A stretch of DNA of 64,000 nucleotides. Source: Hemiscyllium ocellatum (lineage: Eukaryota). The notes below the pieces were generated by a model. The model ran no database searches and had not been told where the DNA came from. It saw only the letters and a list, made by a program, of their open reading frames with translations. The stretch is from contig NC_083435.1 in assembly GCF_020745735.1 (NCBI RefSeq), forward strand, positions 10,943,201-11,007,200. The letters are read 5' to 3'. Made by a program: the position numbers and the translations under genes. Positions 53,125-64,000 of the stretch are shown here, in pieces (positions within the stretch are counted from its first letter, which is position 1; each line of letters begins with the position of its first letter).

Positions 53125-54040
53125 CGTTGATAGATTCTTAGAGTTATAGAGGTATACAGCACAGAACAAACTCTTCAATGCAACTCATCCATACTGAGCA
53201 GAAATCCTAAATTAATCTCTTCCCATTTGCCAGCATTTGGCATAAATCCCTCTAAACCCTTCCTATTCACATATCCATCCAGGTTTCTTTTAAATGCTGT
53301 AACTGTACCAGCCTCCACCATTTCCCCTAGCAACTCATTCCATACACACACCCCGTCCTCTGCAATGAAAACGTTGCCCCTTAGGTCCCTTTTAAATCTT
53401 ACTGAAAAGTTATGCCTTCTAGTTTTGGACTCCCCCATCCTGGAGAAAAGACCTTGGTTATTCACCCTATCCCCACCCTTCATGATTTTATAAACCTGTT
53501 ATGTCACCACTCAGCTCCCGATGTGCCTGAGAAAACAGCCGCAGCCTATTCAGCCTCTCCCTATAGCTCAGCCCCTCCAACCCTGGCAATATCCTTCCGA
53601 TAGGAGGGAGATCAAAATTGCATACAATATTTCAAAAGTAGCCTAACTAATGTCCTGTACAACTGCAACATGACCTCCCAAACCCAATACTCAATGCAGT
53701 GACAAAAAAAAGCATACCAAATGTTTTTTTCACTATCCTATCTATCTGCGATTCCACTTTCAAGGAACTACAAACCTGCAACATAAGGTCTCTGTTCAGC
53801 AACACTCCCCAGGGACTGTTCAGTGTATATGTTCTGCCCTAATTTGTCTTTCCAAAATTTGACACCTCCCATTTAATCGAAATTAAAACTCAAGAACCAT
53901 TGTCACTCCTCGGTATAATAGCCCATCTAATCCCAGTGCTATTGTATTCTGAGGTAACGTTCTTCGCTGTCCACAAGACAACCAATTTTGGTGTTATCTG
54001 TAAACATACTAACTATAATCTCCTGTATTCATATCCAAAT
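53125..54040 (-). mobile_element. CR1 LINE 3' fragment in a B2 intron
   Basis: GDRVNNQGLFSRMGESKTR..VWNELLGEMVEAGTVTAFKR. Confidence 0.85.
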
Positions 54041-54099
54041 CATTTGTACAAATGACAACTGAAGATTCTTTTCAATGTGCATTCATACAGGTATCATAC

Positions 54100-54126
54100 C
54101 TGACTGGACCAGAGGTCTCCATTGCT
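54100..54126 (-). CDS. B2 micro-exon j (27 nt) EQWRPLVQS
   Basis: tttcatttcag|AGCAATGGAGACCTCTGGTCCAGTCAG|gtatga. Confidence 0.82.
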
Positions 54127-54982
54127 CTGAAATGAAACAGTGAAGAGAAAATGTGTGAATAAAACCCACTCAATACACTTAACACTATCAACAAATTTTG
54201 CTTTCACGTCAGAGTTTTCTTAAGGAATAAAGCCGAATCCATTTTAAGAATAGCAGCAATAACTAACGCATTATTAACAAAATCTAGCCAGGGTGTGAAG
54301 TCCTGATCTATTGCCAGCATTTCGGATCAACAAATACCTGCGCCAGCAGTTCCCATTCTATTTTCTACGTCAACAGTCAGACTGTGATTGCAACATCTGG
54401 CCATCTAGTGGCACTACAGAGCAAGTTACTGAAGCTCCCTGCTCAACTCCCACCAATATTTTCATTTTTGGTAAAGAACACGCAAGGGTATATTTTCTGA
54501 GAAGCACTGGAGGATTAGCCTCCTGCAATAGAACTGCCCGAGTTTCCATCTTAAACGAAATTTGAAGGGACGAAAATTGGACCCATTGCCCAGCAACACC
54601 TTATAAATTCCCAATCCATGTTCATTAACTGGGAAGTGATCAATTCAAAGTGAATCCAGACTTTGACTATGATTTATTTCACACTCTATAATTTTAGTTA
54701 AAAATGAGGAGGCCCAGGTCAATTTCCACAAAGTTGCCGTTTGCAGACATGATGATCTCTAGATGCTCAATCTCTCATGAGCGCCTGCAGCTCGGTCTAG
54801 AAATCTGTTTCAGGAAACAAGTTATTTGTAACACCAGGAAGGAGACTAGTCAATCCCAGATTATTACATCCAACTGAGGGAAAGTATGGTGCAGACTTGA
54901 ACCTGTTTTTTTTTAATGCTCAATTACTAACTGTAGCTGGGCTGAAGATGAAGGCACATTTTTTTACTGACAGCTAACTCAC

Positions 54983-55009
54983 CAAATTCAGTGCGTAGCT
55001 TCTGATATT
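54983..55009 (-). CDS. B2 micro-exon i (27 nt) EYQKLRTEF
   Basis: ccttattcacag|AATATCAGAAGCTACGCACTGAATTTG|gtgagt. Confidence 0.85.
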
Positions 55010-55379
55010 CTGTGAATAAGGAATGATCAGAAATGGTTAAAGCAAAGAACTGATACCTTCAAATGAAATGAACGATTTCATAAACAATTGACTATACGTA
55101 CAAATTTCAATATCAGTAGTTATTTCCCAAAGCTGATTTCAAACAAAAAAAAACGAACTGACCTGTGTTCATATACTGCCTTCTAATAGGGCACCAATGA
55201 TTTACAAGGAGATGGTACAAAACTAATGCAATAGATTTGAAACATTAACTCAGTTTTACCTCTTTCAACTGATGCTCCCTGGACTGCTGAGTTTCTTTGT
55301 TTTAGATCACTAACCAATCATTTTGTGAAATGAAGGAGAGATAGATGTAGAGATTGGGGGTGGGGTGGGGGCAGGAGAT

Positions 55380-55427
55380 AGAGAGACATAGACATAGATA
55401 TATAGACATAGACATAGACAGAGATAG

Positions 55428-55472
<45 letters not shown>

Positions 55473-55480
55473 TAGAGAGA
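55380..55480. repeat. GATA/GAGAGATA microsatellite within a purine-rich tract (about 55340-55950)
   Basis: Runs of gacataga and gagagagata. Confidence 0.9.
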
Positions 55481-56082
55481 TAGCAAAAGAGGCAGACAGA
55501 ATGAGACAGACAGTCAGGCAGGCAGACAGAGTAAAGAAAGAATACAGAAGGAGTTTTGAGAAGATGGAATACAGGAAGACGAAGAGGGAATGAAGAAAAT
55601 GGATAGGGCAGGAAGCAAAAGGGCAGCAGGTGTGACGAGGTGCAGAAGAAAGAATGAACTGGGGAGAAAACAAGCAGGAAGAGGAGAGGGATAGGAAGAC
55701 ACAAGGTGGAAAAGAGAGACAGAGATGCAGAGACATTAGCAGAAGAGAAGGTGAGATGAGGAAGGAGAGCAGAAGAGAATGAATGAAAAAGGGAAAGAAA
55801 GGAAGAACATGGGGAGCATTTGGGGTGGGGGTGTCAGAGAGAGAGACAGACAGAAAGATTCTGAGGAGCAGAAGGTGAGAATGGGAGAGGAAAGCGAGAG
55901 AAAATATGAAAAGCGAATGAGGCGGAGAGACTGAGAATGAAAATTAGCAGAGAGAGAAGCATTTGCTGTCTGCTTCCGGGTTTTCAATCTGTTCCCTGTC
56001 AGAGCATGTACCATCCCAGTCCCCTCCCTGCTCCAGTGTCGAGGTGAACTTCACTTCTTCAGGCCCACACACAGTTACATAC

Positions 56083-56109
56083 CTGCTTTCTCTGTCTCCC
56101 TCTCTTCAT
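56083..56109 (-). CDS. B2 micro-exon h (27 nt) DEERETEKA
   Basis: ctgtcttacag|ATGAAGAGAGGGAGACAGAGAAAGCAG|gtatgt. Confidence 0.82.
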
Positions 56110-56249
56110 CTGTAAGACAGAATCAAGAACTTAGCAATAGCATGGAACAATGACCCGAGTGAGACATTATACAATATTGATAAAATGGAAAATCAAGGCT
56201 AAAATGTGTGCTCCTCGACACTGGTAATGTGACTGAGTCCCAACACAGA

Positions 56250-56806
56250 CTGAGAAACAGGCCCCCGGCCCTGAGCGCAGCCTGAGAAACAGGCCCCCGG
56301 CCCTGAGCGCAGCCTGAGAAACAGGCCCCCGGCCCTGAGCGCAGCCTGAGAAACAGGCCCCCGGCCCTGAGCGCAGCCTGAGAAACAGGCCCCCGGCCCT
56401 GAGCGCAGCCTGAGAAACAGGCCCCCGGCCCTGAGCGCAGCCTGAGAAACAGGCCCCCGGCCCTGAGCGCAGCCTGAGAAACAGGCCCCCGGCCCTGAGC
56501 GCAGCCTGAGAAACAGGCCCCCGGCCCTGAGCGCAGACTGAGAAACAGGCCCCCAGCCTGAGCACAGCCTGAGAAACAGGCCCCCAGCCTGAGCGCAGAC
56601 TGAGAAACAGGTACCAGCTCGAGCACAGAGTGAGAAACAGACTTCAGCCCAAGCACAGAAAGAGGCCCCCCGCGTGAGGAGAGACTGAGAAACAGCCCCC
56701 AGACTGAGTACAGATGGAGAAACAGGCCCCAGGCTGAGTACAGATGGAGAAACAGGCCCCAGACTGAGTACAGATGGAGAAACCGGCCCCAGACTGAGCA
56801 CAGACT
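56250..56806. repeat. GC-rich minisatellite, 32-bp unit CTGAGAAACAGGCCCCCGGCCCTGAGCGCAGC
   Basis: Nine essentially identical units starting at 56250, 56282 and so on to 56506, then about 8 diverged 30-31-bp units. Confidence 0.95.
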
Positions 56807-56884
56807 GTGGAAGAGCTGCAGTGAGTCTGCCTTTGGTTTGAATTGGCCATCGACAGAAATAAAAAATCTGATTAAATTACTTAC

Positions 56885-56911
56885 CAACTTGTTTCTTAAA
56901 TTGTTCGTGTT
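56885..56911 (-). CDS. B2 micro-exon g (27 nt) EHEQFKKQV
   Basis: tgtatattacag|AACACGAACAATTTAAGAAACAAGTTG|gtaagt. Confidence 0.85.
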
Positions 56912-57049
56912 CTGTAATATACAAGGGAGAGGCATTAATCACAAATTTGAATTTCACACAATGTCTCAACCTTCTTTTTCTGCTATCCTTTGTTATCCTC
57001 TGTGCTCGATATTGACCTCTGTGCTCTGAGCTTAGTCTCCATTGGCCAG

Positions 57050-58310
57050 ACTCACCCGGTCTGGGAGGAGACTGCAGTAGCCCATGCAAGCATCTACCAC
57101 CACAAACTGGAGCAGTGGATAGTGCAACAGCAATCCAATCGACGGTTCTCTGTGCCAGCTGTACTTACACAGCAAACCCCCAGCTACAGCAGGAATCATC
57201 TACCCGAATACCAGGGCAAGCATTGGGTCAGGCCAACATTGGCATCATCTGGGGAGTGAGGAGTTCATGCTATCGGAAGGATGTTGTGAAACCTGAAAGG
57301 GTTGAGAAAAAAAATTTACAGTGATGTTGCCAGGGTTTGAGAATTTGAGCTATAGGGAGAGGCTGAATAGGCTGGGTCTGTTTTCCCTGGAGGTTTATAA
57401 AATCATGTGGGGCATGGAGAGGATAAATAGACAAGATCATTTAAACCTTAAGATTTAAAAGGCACCCAAGGGGAAATGTTTTCACGCAGAGGGTGGTGAG
57501 TGCATGGAATGAGCCATCAGAGGACATGAAGGAGGCTGGTACAATTACAATATTTAAAACAAATCTGGATGGGTATATGATTAGGAAAGGTTTAAAGGGA
57601 TATGGGCTAAATGCTGGCAAATGGGACTTGATTATTTTACGATATCTGGTTGGCATGGACGAGTTGGATTGAAGAGTCTGTTTCCATGCTGTACATCTCT
57701 GTCACTCTATGCCCTTTCCCTCAGGGTAGGGACAAAACCCAGAAGACATAAAGCAGCTAGAACACGAACAGATGTTCACTAACATGGGGAACCAACTCTC
57801 CAGGAAGGAATGGTCAATATCTTGGTCAAAGTGACCACTGTCCAGGAATGGGAACTCTCAGAATTACACAATGTGTGGATTATTTAAATGTCTTTGAACT
57901 CAGAAAATAAGTTGATAGGGTTGTTAAGAAGGCGTATGGTGTGTTGGCTCTCATTAGCTGGGGGTTTTAGTTTAAGGGCTGCAAGGTTATGCTGCAGCTT
58001 TACAGAGCCCTGGTTAGATCACACTTGGAATATTGTGTTCAGTTTTGGTCACCTCATTGTAGGAAGAATGTGGAAGATTTAGAGAAGGGGCAGAGGAGAT
58101 TTACCAGGAGGCTGCCTTGACTGGAGGGCATGTCTTTTGAAGAAATGTTGAGGGAGCTAAGGGTTTTCTCATGGGAGCGAGGAAGGGTGAGAGGCGATTT
58201 GATAGAGGTGTACAAGATGATGACAGGCAGAGACAGAGTGAATAGTCAGAGACTTTTTATTCCTCGGACAGAAATGGCTATCACAAGGGGGCATAATTTT
58301 AAGATGTTTG
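57050..58310 (+). mobile_element. Two CR1 3' fragments (about 57050-57710 and 57900-58310)
   Basis: RKDVVKPERVEKK and RGRVRGDLIEVYKMMTGRDRV peptides. Confidence 0.8.
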
Positions 58311-58471
58311 GAGGGAAAAAAAGTGAGGGATGGGAAGGCCTGTTTGATTGGTTGTGAGGAATTGGAGACACAAAGTCATGTGACCAAACCTCCAGAAGTG
58401 CATCAAACCAGAGTTGATAACACATCTGCTGTCCCTCTCCTCCAGCAGAAATTCCTCAGCTCCCTGCATAC

Positions 58472-58498
58472 CTGCAATAATGGTGGCCATTTTCTTTT
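58472..58498 (-). CDS. B2 micro-exon f (27 nt) EKKMATIIA
   Basis: ccttttttacag|AAAAGAAAATGGCCACCATTATTGCAG|gtatgc. Confidence 0.82.
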
Positions 58499-59139
58499 CT
58501 GTAAAAAAGGAAAAGAAAGAGATGTTAAAGCATAGAACCTTCTAGAAGACGCAACCCAGTACAAGGCTTCTGGAGTGAATGTGGTGAATACAATCCAGAT
58601 CTACCCTCGCCCTGCACAGGTTAGCGATGAGATTACCCAGTCCACCAGGTTAGGTACAGAATAAAAACTATCCTTCTACCCTGTCCCATTAAATACTTCC
58701 AGTATAACACAGATTAGATATAGAGTGAAGCTCCCTCAAAACCATCCTATCAAACACTCCTGGGTCAGGGAAAATACAGGGTTAGAATCAGATTGAAGCT
58801 CTGTCTATACCACCCCCATCAAAAATTCCCAGGAGGTATAGCACAGTTAGAAACAATATAAATCTTCTTGTTCTTTACTGTTCCATCAAATACTCTCAGG
58901 AGATGCAGATATGGACTAGATATAGCACAAAGGTGCCTCTGACTGTTGGCATCAAACACTTTGGTATATCCAGTAAAGCCAATCCCATTAAGCTGAAAGC
59001 ACCTGGAATAAATTTGGGGTAATTCACCAAATTGGTTGTGAGAAACTAAAGGCAATGTGATGCTGGTGAAGAAAGATATGCTGAACATGAGCTGCGAACC
59101 CAAACCCAGAGAGAAAATACTTTGGAAATGATCGCTTAC

Positions 59140-59166
59140 CGTGCAACTGCTGGAGTTCTTCACATT
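59140..59166 (-). CDS. B2 micro-exon e (27 nt) ECEELQQLH
   Basis: tttttctctacag|AATGTGAAGAACTCCAGCAGTTGCACG|gtaagc. Confidence 0.85.
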
Positions 59167-60249
59167 CTGTAGAGAAAAATAGATAAGAGCGAAATTTGTC
59201 ATATGCGGAACAAAGCAAAGCAATCTAAAATCAGATCATTGGTTGTAGCAGAAATGTCACTGAAAAATCCCTGAAATCATTTCTCAAATCAGAGATATTT
59301 TTAAGTTTAGACAAAAAAAACTTTTTAAAAATAATTGATATGTGAGTAATTCTTGCATAGCATTGCTCACCTATCAGATAATACACTGCATATATATTAC
59401 ACAACAACTTACATTTAGAGAGAGAGTCTGTTTTTCTTCAACTACATCTCAAAATATTTTCAAATGTAATATTTGAAGCATCAGCTACACAGTGAGGTAT
59501 TAGGTCAGATGACTAAAGACTTTATCAATGAGGGAGGTTTTCATGGGAACGTGTTTAAAGAAGGTAATTGAGATTTGGTAGGGGTGTAGTGTTTGGAACT
59601 GAAGCAACTGAAACCGTCCTCTCCAATGAAGGAACAATTATAATTTTTGGTATGGAGAGGCTAGAATTAAAGGACCACAGGAATGTCAGAGTTACAGAGC
59701 AGAGAAGGCAAGGACATGAGGGGATTGGGTGGGAAATTAAGAATGGAGACATTTTTCAACTAGGAGCCAACGTAGGTCTGCAAACATCGGAGTGGAACAG
59801 GGGTTAGTGAAGACACAGGCAGCAGAGTGCTGGATGGCCCCAAATTTACAGGCTAGACTGTGAAAGCCCAGTCAGAGGGTGTTGAATGAGATGAAACTGT
59901 GTTGTCAGGAATGCATTTTTCCTCTGATATATTGGAGGTTTGCATTCCTCACAGAATGTCAAAGGCTAGAAACGACTAGAAAATACTGAAATATGGGAGA
60001 CATTATTTGACTATTTGTAGAATTGTGAAGAGAATAGATTATGAAATCAATGACTGATTCACAAACACATGCCCTGATAAAAATAAAATGTGTAACTCAC
60101 TCAATCTCAGGGAGCAGGAGGAGTGTGTGTTCATGGGAAGATTAAATCTTCCTTATGAACAGAAGTCTGCGATTAACTCCAGGTATTCTGGTCAGGTTTT
60201 ATGAGCCTTTTTATCAAAGTTGCAAAGACAACAAAATCACAGGAATCTT

Positions 60250-60555
60250 TTCTTTCCTACAGTGTGGGAACTGGCCCTTCAGCCCAACAAATCCATACCG
60301 ACCCTCTGAAGAGTAACACACCCAGACCCATTACCCTTGACTAATGCACCTAACCGACACATCCCTGAACACTACGGGCAATTTAGTAACAGCCAATTCA
60401 CCTAACCCGCATATCTTTGGATTGTGGGAGGTATCCCACACAGACACAGGGAGAATGTGTAAAGTCCACACAGACAGTTGCCCGAGGCTGGAATCAAACT
60501 CAGGTCCCTAGTGCTGTCAGGCAGCAGTGCTGTCCACTGGGCCACCCGTGCCACC
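60250..60555 (-). mobile_element. tRNA-derived V-SINE (HE1-like)
   Basis: Aligns to 5779-6098 with small deletions. Confidence 0.85.
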
Positions 60556-61062
60556 CTCTGCAGAGTAATTTTGCTGTTCACTCTCTGATTAGACTCTACC
60601 CTCATAAACCCAGTGCCTCTTAAAACTGATGCTAAGTCTCTCCTTCTCGCATTTGCTGGCAGTTTCGATCAGTGAGCATTTTGGAAAGTAGTGAACACAC
60701 CAGACTTGCTGCAATATTAATAGTGATTTAAAGAGGAGTGCATTTCTAGATATCCACAGATTCCCAGCTCTGGGATTTGTTCCCATCAGCTCAAGAAATT
60801 CCCAGAAAGTCAGCTTCTCAAGGATCCCTGTTCTGAGATCAATGAACATAACCAGCTCATAGTGAAGAAGTGACTGAATTAACTCATCCACTTCACATCA
60901 CGTAGTGATAGGAGAGTATTACAATTTAATGTCCATTTTGATGGAGCAGTTTGGGTGATACGGCCATTAACAGTTATTTACAAACCTGTTAACTTGTCTT
61001 CAGATGGGCTGATGCTGAAATGAAACATTACAATCCAAACAGCGTGTGTTCGCATAACTCAC

Positions 61063-61089
61063 CTTTTTTCCTTGCTTGCTTCGCGTTCT
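61063..61089 (-). CDS. B2 micro-exon d (27 nt) ENAKQARKK
   Basis: ttccatttcag|AGAACGCGAAGCAAGCAAGGAAAAAAG|gtgagt. Confidence 0.83.
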
Positions 61090-61393
61090 CTGAAATGGAA
61101 TAAACAAACAACGATGTGATCCTGAGTCGACAGTAACCAGGTCAATGTCTGTCCTTCTCTTGCTCCCAGAATGGTAGAGGTTCAAACCCACTCCTTCATT
61201 CAGCACCTGCTTTATTGCAAATCCCCTGATGGGTCTGCCATGAGTTCTACGTTGTTCCAAAATGGTTTCTCTCCCACTAGAATCTGGTCCCAGTCAGAGT
61301 TACCATCCCGCTTTCCCATCGCTCTCCCACTGTCTTGCTCTGGGCATAATCCACCCACACCTCCCTTCTATCCAATTGATTTCATGTTCTTAC

Positions 61394-61420
61394 CTATCTC
61401 CTGGTGCAGTCTTTGATGCT
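61394..61420 (-). CDS. B2 micro-exon c (27 nt) EHQRLHQEI
   Basis: ttttttttaaacag|AGCATCAAAGACTGCACCAGGAGATAG|gtaaga. Confidence 0.85.
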   Translation of the reverse strand, partial: SIKDCTRR

Positions 61421-61568
61421 CTGTTTAAAAAAAAGTGAAAACACCTCAGTGAGATGACAATAAAGTGACCATGCAATATCTCTGTTTGAAATTGACTCCA
61501 GTCTTGAAACTGCACAGAAACACAATCAGGGTCTGAATGGAACCATCCCCAGCATCCTGATTACTAAC

Positions 61569-61595
61569 CTTCATGCACCTTTCTCTTCTCTTGCT
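61569..61595 (-). CDS. B2 micro-exon b (27 nt) EQEKRKVHE
   Basis: taaaatttcag|AGCAAGAGAAGAGAAAGGTGCATGAAG|gttagt. Confidence 0.8.
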
Positions 61596-61717
61596 CTGAA
61601 ATTTTAAAAATAATCCATGTAAGAAATGGTGAAAAATACAGAGGATTCATTTAGATTTAATTAACAGTGACCATGTGTCCTCCAGTGTTTTATAGAAACA
61701 GAACTGTCTATTTAATG

Positions 61718-62364
61718 TGTTATGGACCAGACCAAACCTCCTCAAACATCTAAAAAGATAACACAGAGCTGAACTTTTATTTAAGGGCAAGTGTAAGGCC
61801 CTTCTTTGTAAATGTGATTCAATAGGTCAAACTAACAGGCTTTGAGAAAAACACTATTCCAACACCACAATAAAATGCAAACTCAAAACAAAGAATTGGC
61901 ACAACTTTATCTCCCTTGAAGACCTAATAAAATACTATTTAACTACTACACATCAACTGTTCCAATATCGCAGCATCCCATGAACCCACTCTTGGTGAAG
62001 GCAAATTCAGCAGAACAATTTTTCCAGACTTGCTACCTCCTCCAGTCCAGAAGAAGGAGAACCAACAGAATGAATCCAGCAGCAAAGAGAGAGAGAGAAT
62101 GTAAGCTTTTAGCAGCAACTAAGAGAGAGCTGTATCTTGCAGCTTCACTCCAAAACCCCAACTTCAACAACTGAAAGCAAAACTAAAACTCTGGGTCGTT
62201 GAGAGCCTGACTCCATGTGCTCGGACTTCTTCAGCTTAATTTTTTTAAAGAAGCAGCTATTCACTCTGCTGTCCATGCAGCAGACATCTCGGCTCCAGGT
62301 TTACAATTCCTCTCTTCAAGAACCAGGACAGAACAAATCCCTCTCAAAGGCACATCTCATCACA
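61718..62364. mobile_element. Probable solo LTR
   Basis: TGTTATG..CATCACA termini (imperfect terminal inverted repeat); flanks AATG and AAGG (3 of 4 match to a 4-bp TSD). Confidence 0.5.
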
Positions 62365-62394
62365 AAGGAAGCATTACAGTATAGACTGATGGGC

Positions 62395-62715
62395 TGAAAA
62401 GCCTCTCCTGTATTGTATTCTTCTACATAGCCAACCTGTGAACAGCAAGATCCCACAAACAGTAACCAGGACAACGACTAGATCATTTGATTCCTCCAAT
62501 GTTAATCGCATGATAAATATTGGCCAGGACACTGGGGAGCCCTCATCTGTTCTTCTTAGAGATACAGCATGTGCTTCCATTCATTCAAAGGCCACGCATT
62601 GAAGCCTAATCTAAATGTCAGCTCCTCTGACAATGCAGCATTCCCTCAGCTCTGTGGAGTGTCAACCTGGAGTTTCGTCCCCAAATCCTGGATAGGAACT
62701 TGAAGCCAAAACCTC
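62395..62715 (-). mobile_element. Deu-domain SINE remnant
   Basis: ATATTGGCCAGGACACTGGGGAG and GCAGCATTCCCTCAG..GGAGTGTCAACCTGG match the reverse complement of the Deu core as recalled. Confidence 0.55.
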
Positions 62716-63308
62716 ATCATAGAACCACAATTCATTCAAGACATAAAACTCATCTTTGTAATGGAGAAAAACTGACTATTCCATCTTGCAGAACATATCG
62801 ACAGTCTCGTCCTCCTTTCGCTTCTCAGTGCCAACCCACCCACAGTTCTGAAAACCATTCTTCCCGTTCAGGTCTGCAATGAGGAGAAATTTCCTCAATC
62901 TATGGGCTGTGAATCTTGTGAATTCTTTGCCTCATCAATCAAAAATGCAGGAAAATAAAAATGTAGGCTCTTTATGTGAGATATTGCAGAGGAGTCAATC
63001 CTCCAAGATCAGACTGAACAGTGGAACAGCTCAACCTGCTCCAGCTGACCCCTGCTCTGGCTTCTCATTTTGTTCTCCACATCATTTTCGATAAAATGCA
63101 TTGAGATATTCTCAGAATGTGAAAGGTGTTACAGAAATGCAAATATTTCTTACTATTCATGCCATGAAGACCTTCAAACCCAAACTATTTGTTAACCGTT
63201 ACATCACCAGACCTAGAATTAGAGTTCTTCTCTCAAATGCTGTGACCATACTTCCACATCATTGGGTTTCCCATTCCCTTCACATTTAAGTTTCAAACAG
63301 CAACTTAC

Positions 63309-63335
63309 CCATGATATCCAGCAGCCTTTGATGTT
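63309..63335 (-). CDS. B2 micro-exon a (27 nt) xHQRLLDIM; upstream exons lie beyond the window
   Basis: gactcattacag|AACATCAAAGGCTGCTGGATATCATGG|gtaagt. Confidence 0.85.
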
Positions 63336-63469
63336 CTGTAATGAGTCAAAGGAAAACGTTAAATCAGTGGCAGCGCTTTGCAACTCACACTTAACCCTTT
63401 CCCAATCCCAGAGCAGCATGCGTCATTCAAATCACATCACCCACTCTCCCCAACTGTGAAAAGTCTTAG

Positions 63470-63870
63470 AAGATATAAGGGAGGGAGAGGAGGGAGAAGC
63501 ACACAGGAAGGAGGAGCAAGAAGGAGTGTGGAGGAAAGGGGAGGGGATGGAGGAAAGGGGAGGGGATGGAGGAAAGGGGAGGGGATGGAGGAAAGGGGAG
63601 GGGAGGTGACATGTTTAAGATGGGTGAGAAGGAAGGAGGAGCAGTGAGAGAGGAGATAGGAAGGGGAGGATGAGAAAGAACAAAGGAGAAGGAGAAAGGG
63701 AAGGTGAAGGAGGGAGAAAAGGGAGAAGGAAGGATGGAGAGAAATAGGGAAGGAGAAGAGGTGGGAGAGCGGAGGAACAAAAGAACGAGGAGGAGGGAAA
63801 GATGAGGAGGAGGAGAGAGAGAAGGGAGAGAGGGGAAGAGGGGGTGGAGGAAGGGGAAGGACAAAGGAGA
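63470..63870. repeat. Purine-rich GGA/GAA low-complexity tract
   Basis: Includes three copies of GGAGGAAAGGGGAGGGGAT. Confidence 0.85.
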
Positions 63871-63964
63871 AGGGCCCAATATCTGGTTATCAGAGTGAAT
63901 AAACTGGAGAGAAACTAGGAGAGGGTCACTGACAGAGGATATGGACTCAAAACAATGGAATAGT

Positions 63965-64000
63965 GGGCGGCATGGTGGCACAGTGGTTAGCACTGCTGCC
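63965..64000 (+). mobile_element. 5' end of an HE1-like SINE
   Basis: GGGCGGCATGGTGGCACAGTGGTTAGCACTGCTGCC. Confidence 0.8.

Noticed and set aside
55163-55182. Candidate extra micro-exon AAGGCAGTATATGAACACAG with AG/GT flanks
   Set aside because: 20 nt, would shift the frame and break the A/B alternation; weak pyrimidine tract
56250-56806. CRISPR-like 32-bp repeat array
   Set aside because: Units are directly adjacent with no unique spacers, no cas genes, and the DNA is vertebrate
56123-56935. Long overlapping ORFs (270, 200 and 132 aa) with repeated peptides
   Set aside because: Products of the stop-free 32-bp minisatellite; only the 27-nt exon at 56885-56911 inside them is credible
60589-60891. 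100-aa minus-strand ORF inside a B2 intron
   Set aside because: No recognisable motif or splice context; cannot be supported without a database search
63466-63993. ORFs over purine/pyrimidine and TG-rich tracts (also 27250-28003, 28352-28951, 42082-42577, 55302-55736)
   Set aside because: Low-complexity sequence lacking stops by composition

Overview
Eukaryotic, vertebrate and almost certainly shark genomic DNA, judged from HE1-type V-SINEs and shark-type CR1 and Penelope repeats. Most of the window is transposon debris: CR1 LINEs, tRNA-derived SINEs, Penelope-like elements ending in minimal hammerhead ribozyme motifs, a Gmr1-type Gypsy and a Tx1-type L1 end. Embedded in it is an immune-type B30.2 gene cluster, mostly on the minus strand. 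(1) The 3' half of a probable butyrophilin-like gene: at least 11 separate 27-nt phase-1 micro-exons (52834-63335) splice in frame into an intact PRY-SPRY exon (48088-48605) and encode a 99-residue helical stalk with 18-residue periodicity; they are too short for the ORF track to call as exons. (2) An intact 6-exon, 476-aa RING/B-box/coiled-coil/B30.2 TRIM gene (26675-36639). (3) A head-to-head TRIM pseudogene on the plus strand (about 37690-44420) sharing a near-identical tract of about 225 bp with the intact gene. (4) The leader and IgV exons of a second butyrophilin/B7-like gene (15006-15045, 13507-13869). Exon boundaries were read by hand from GT-AG sites and frame continuity; repeat boundaries are approximate and no database search was possible.
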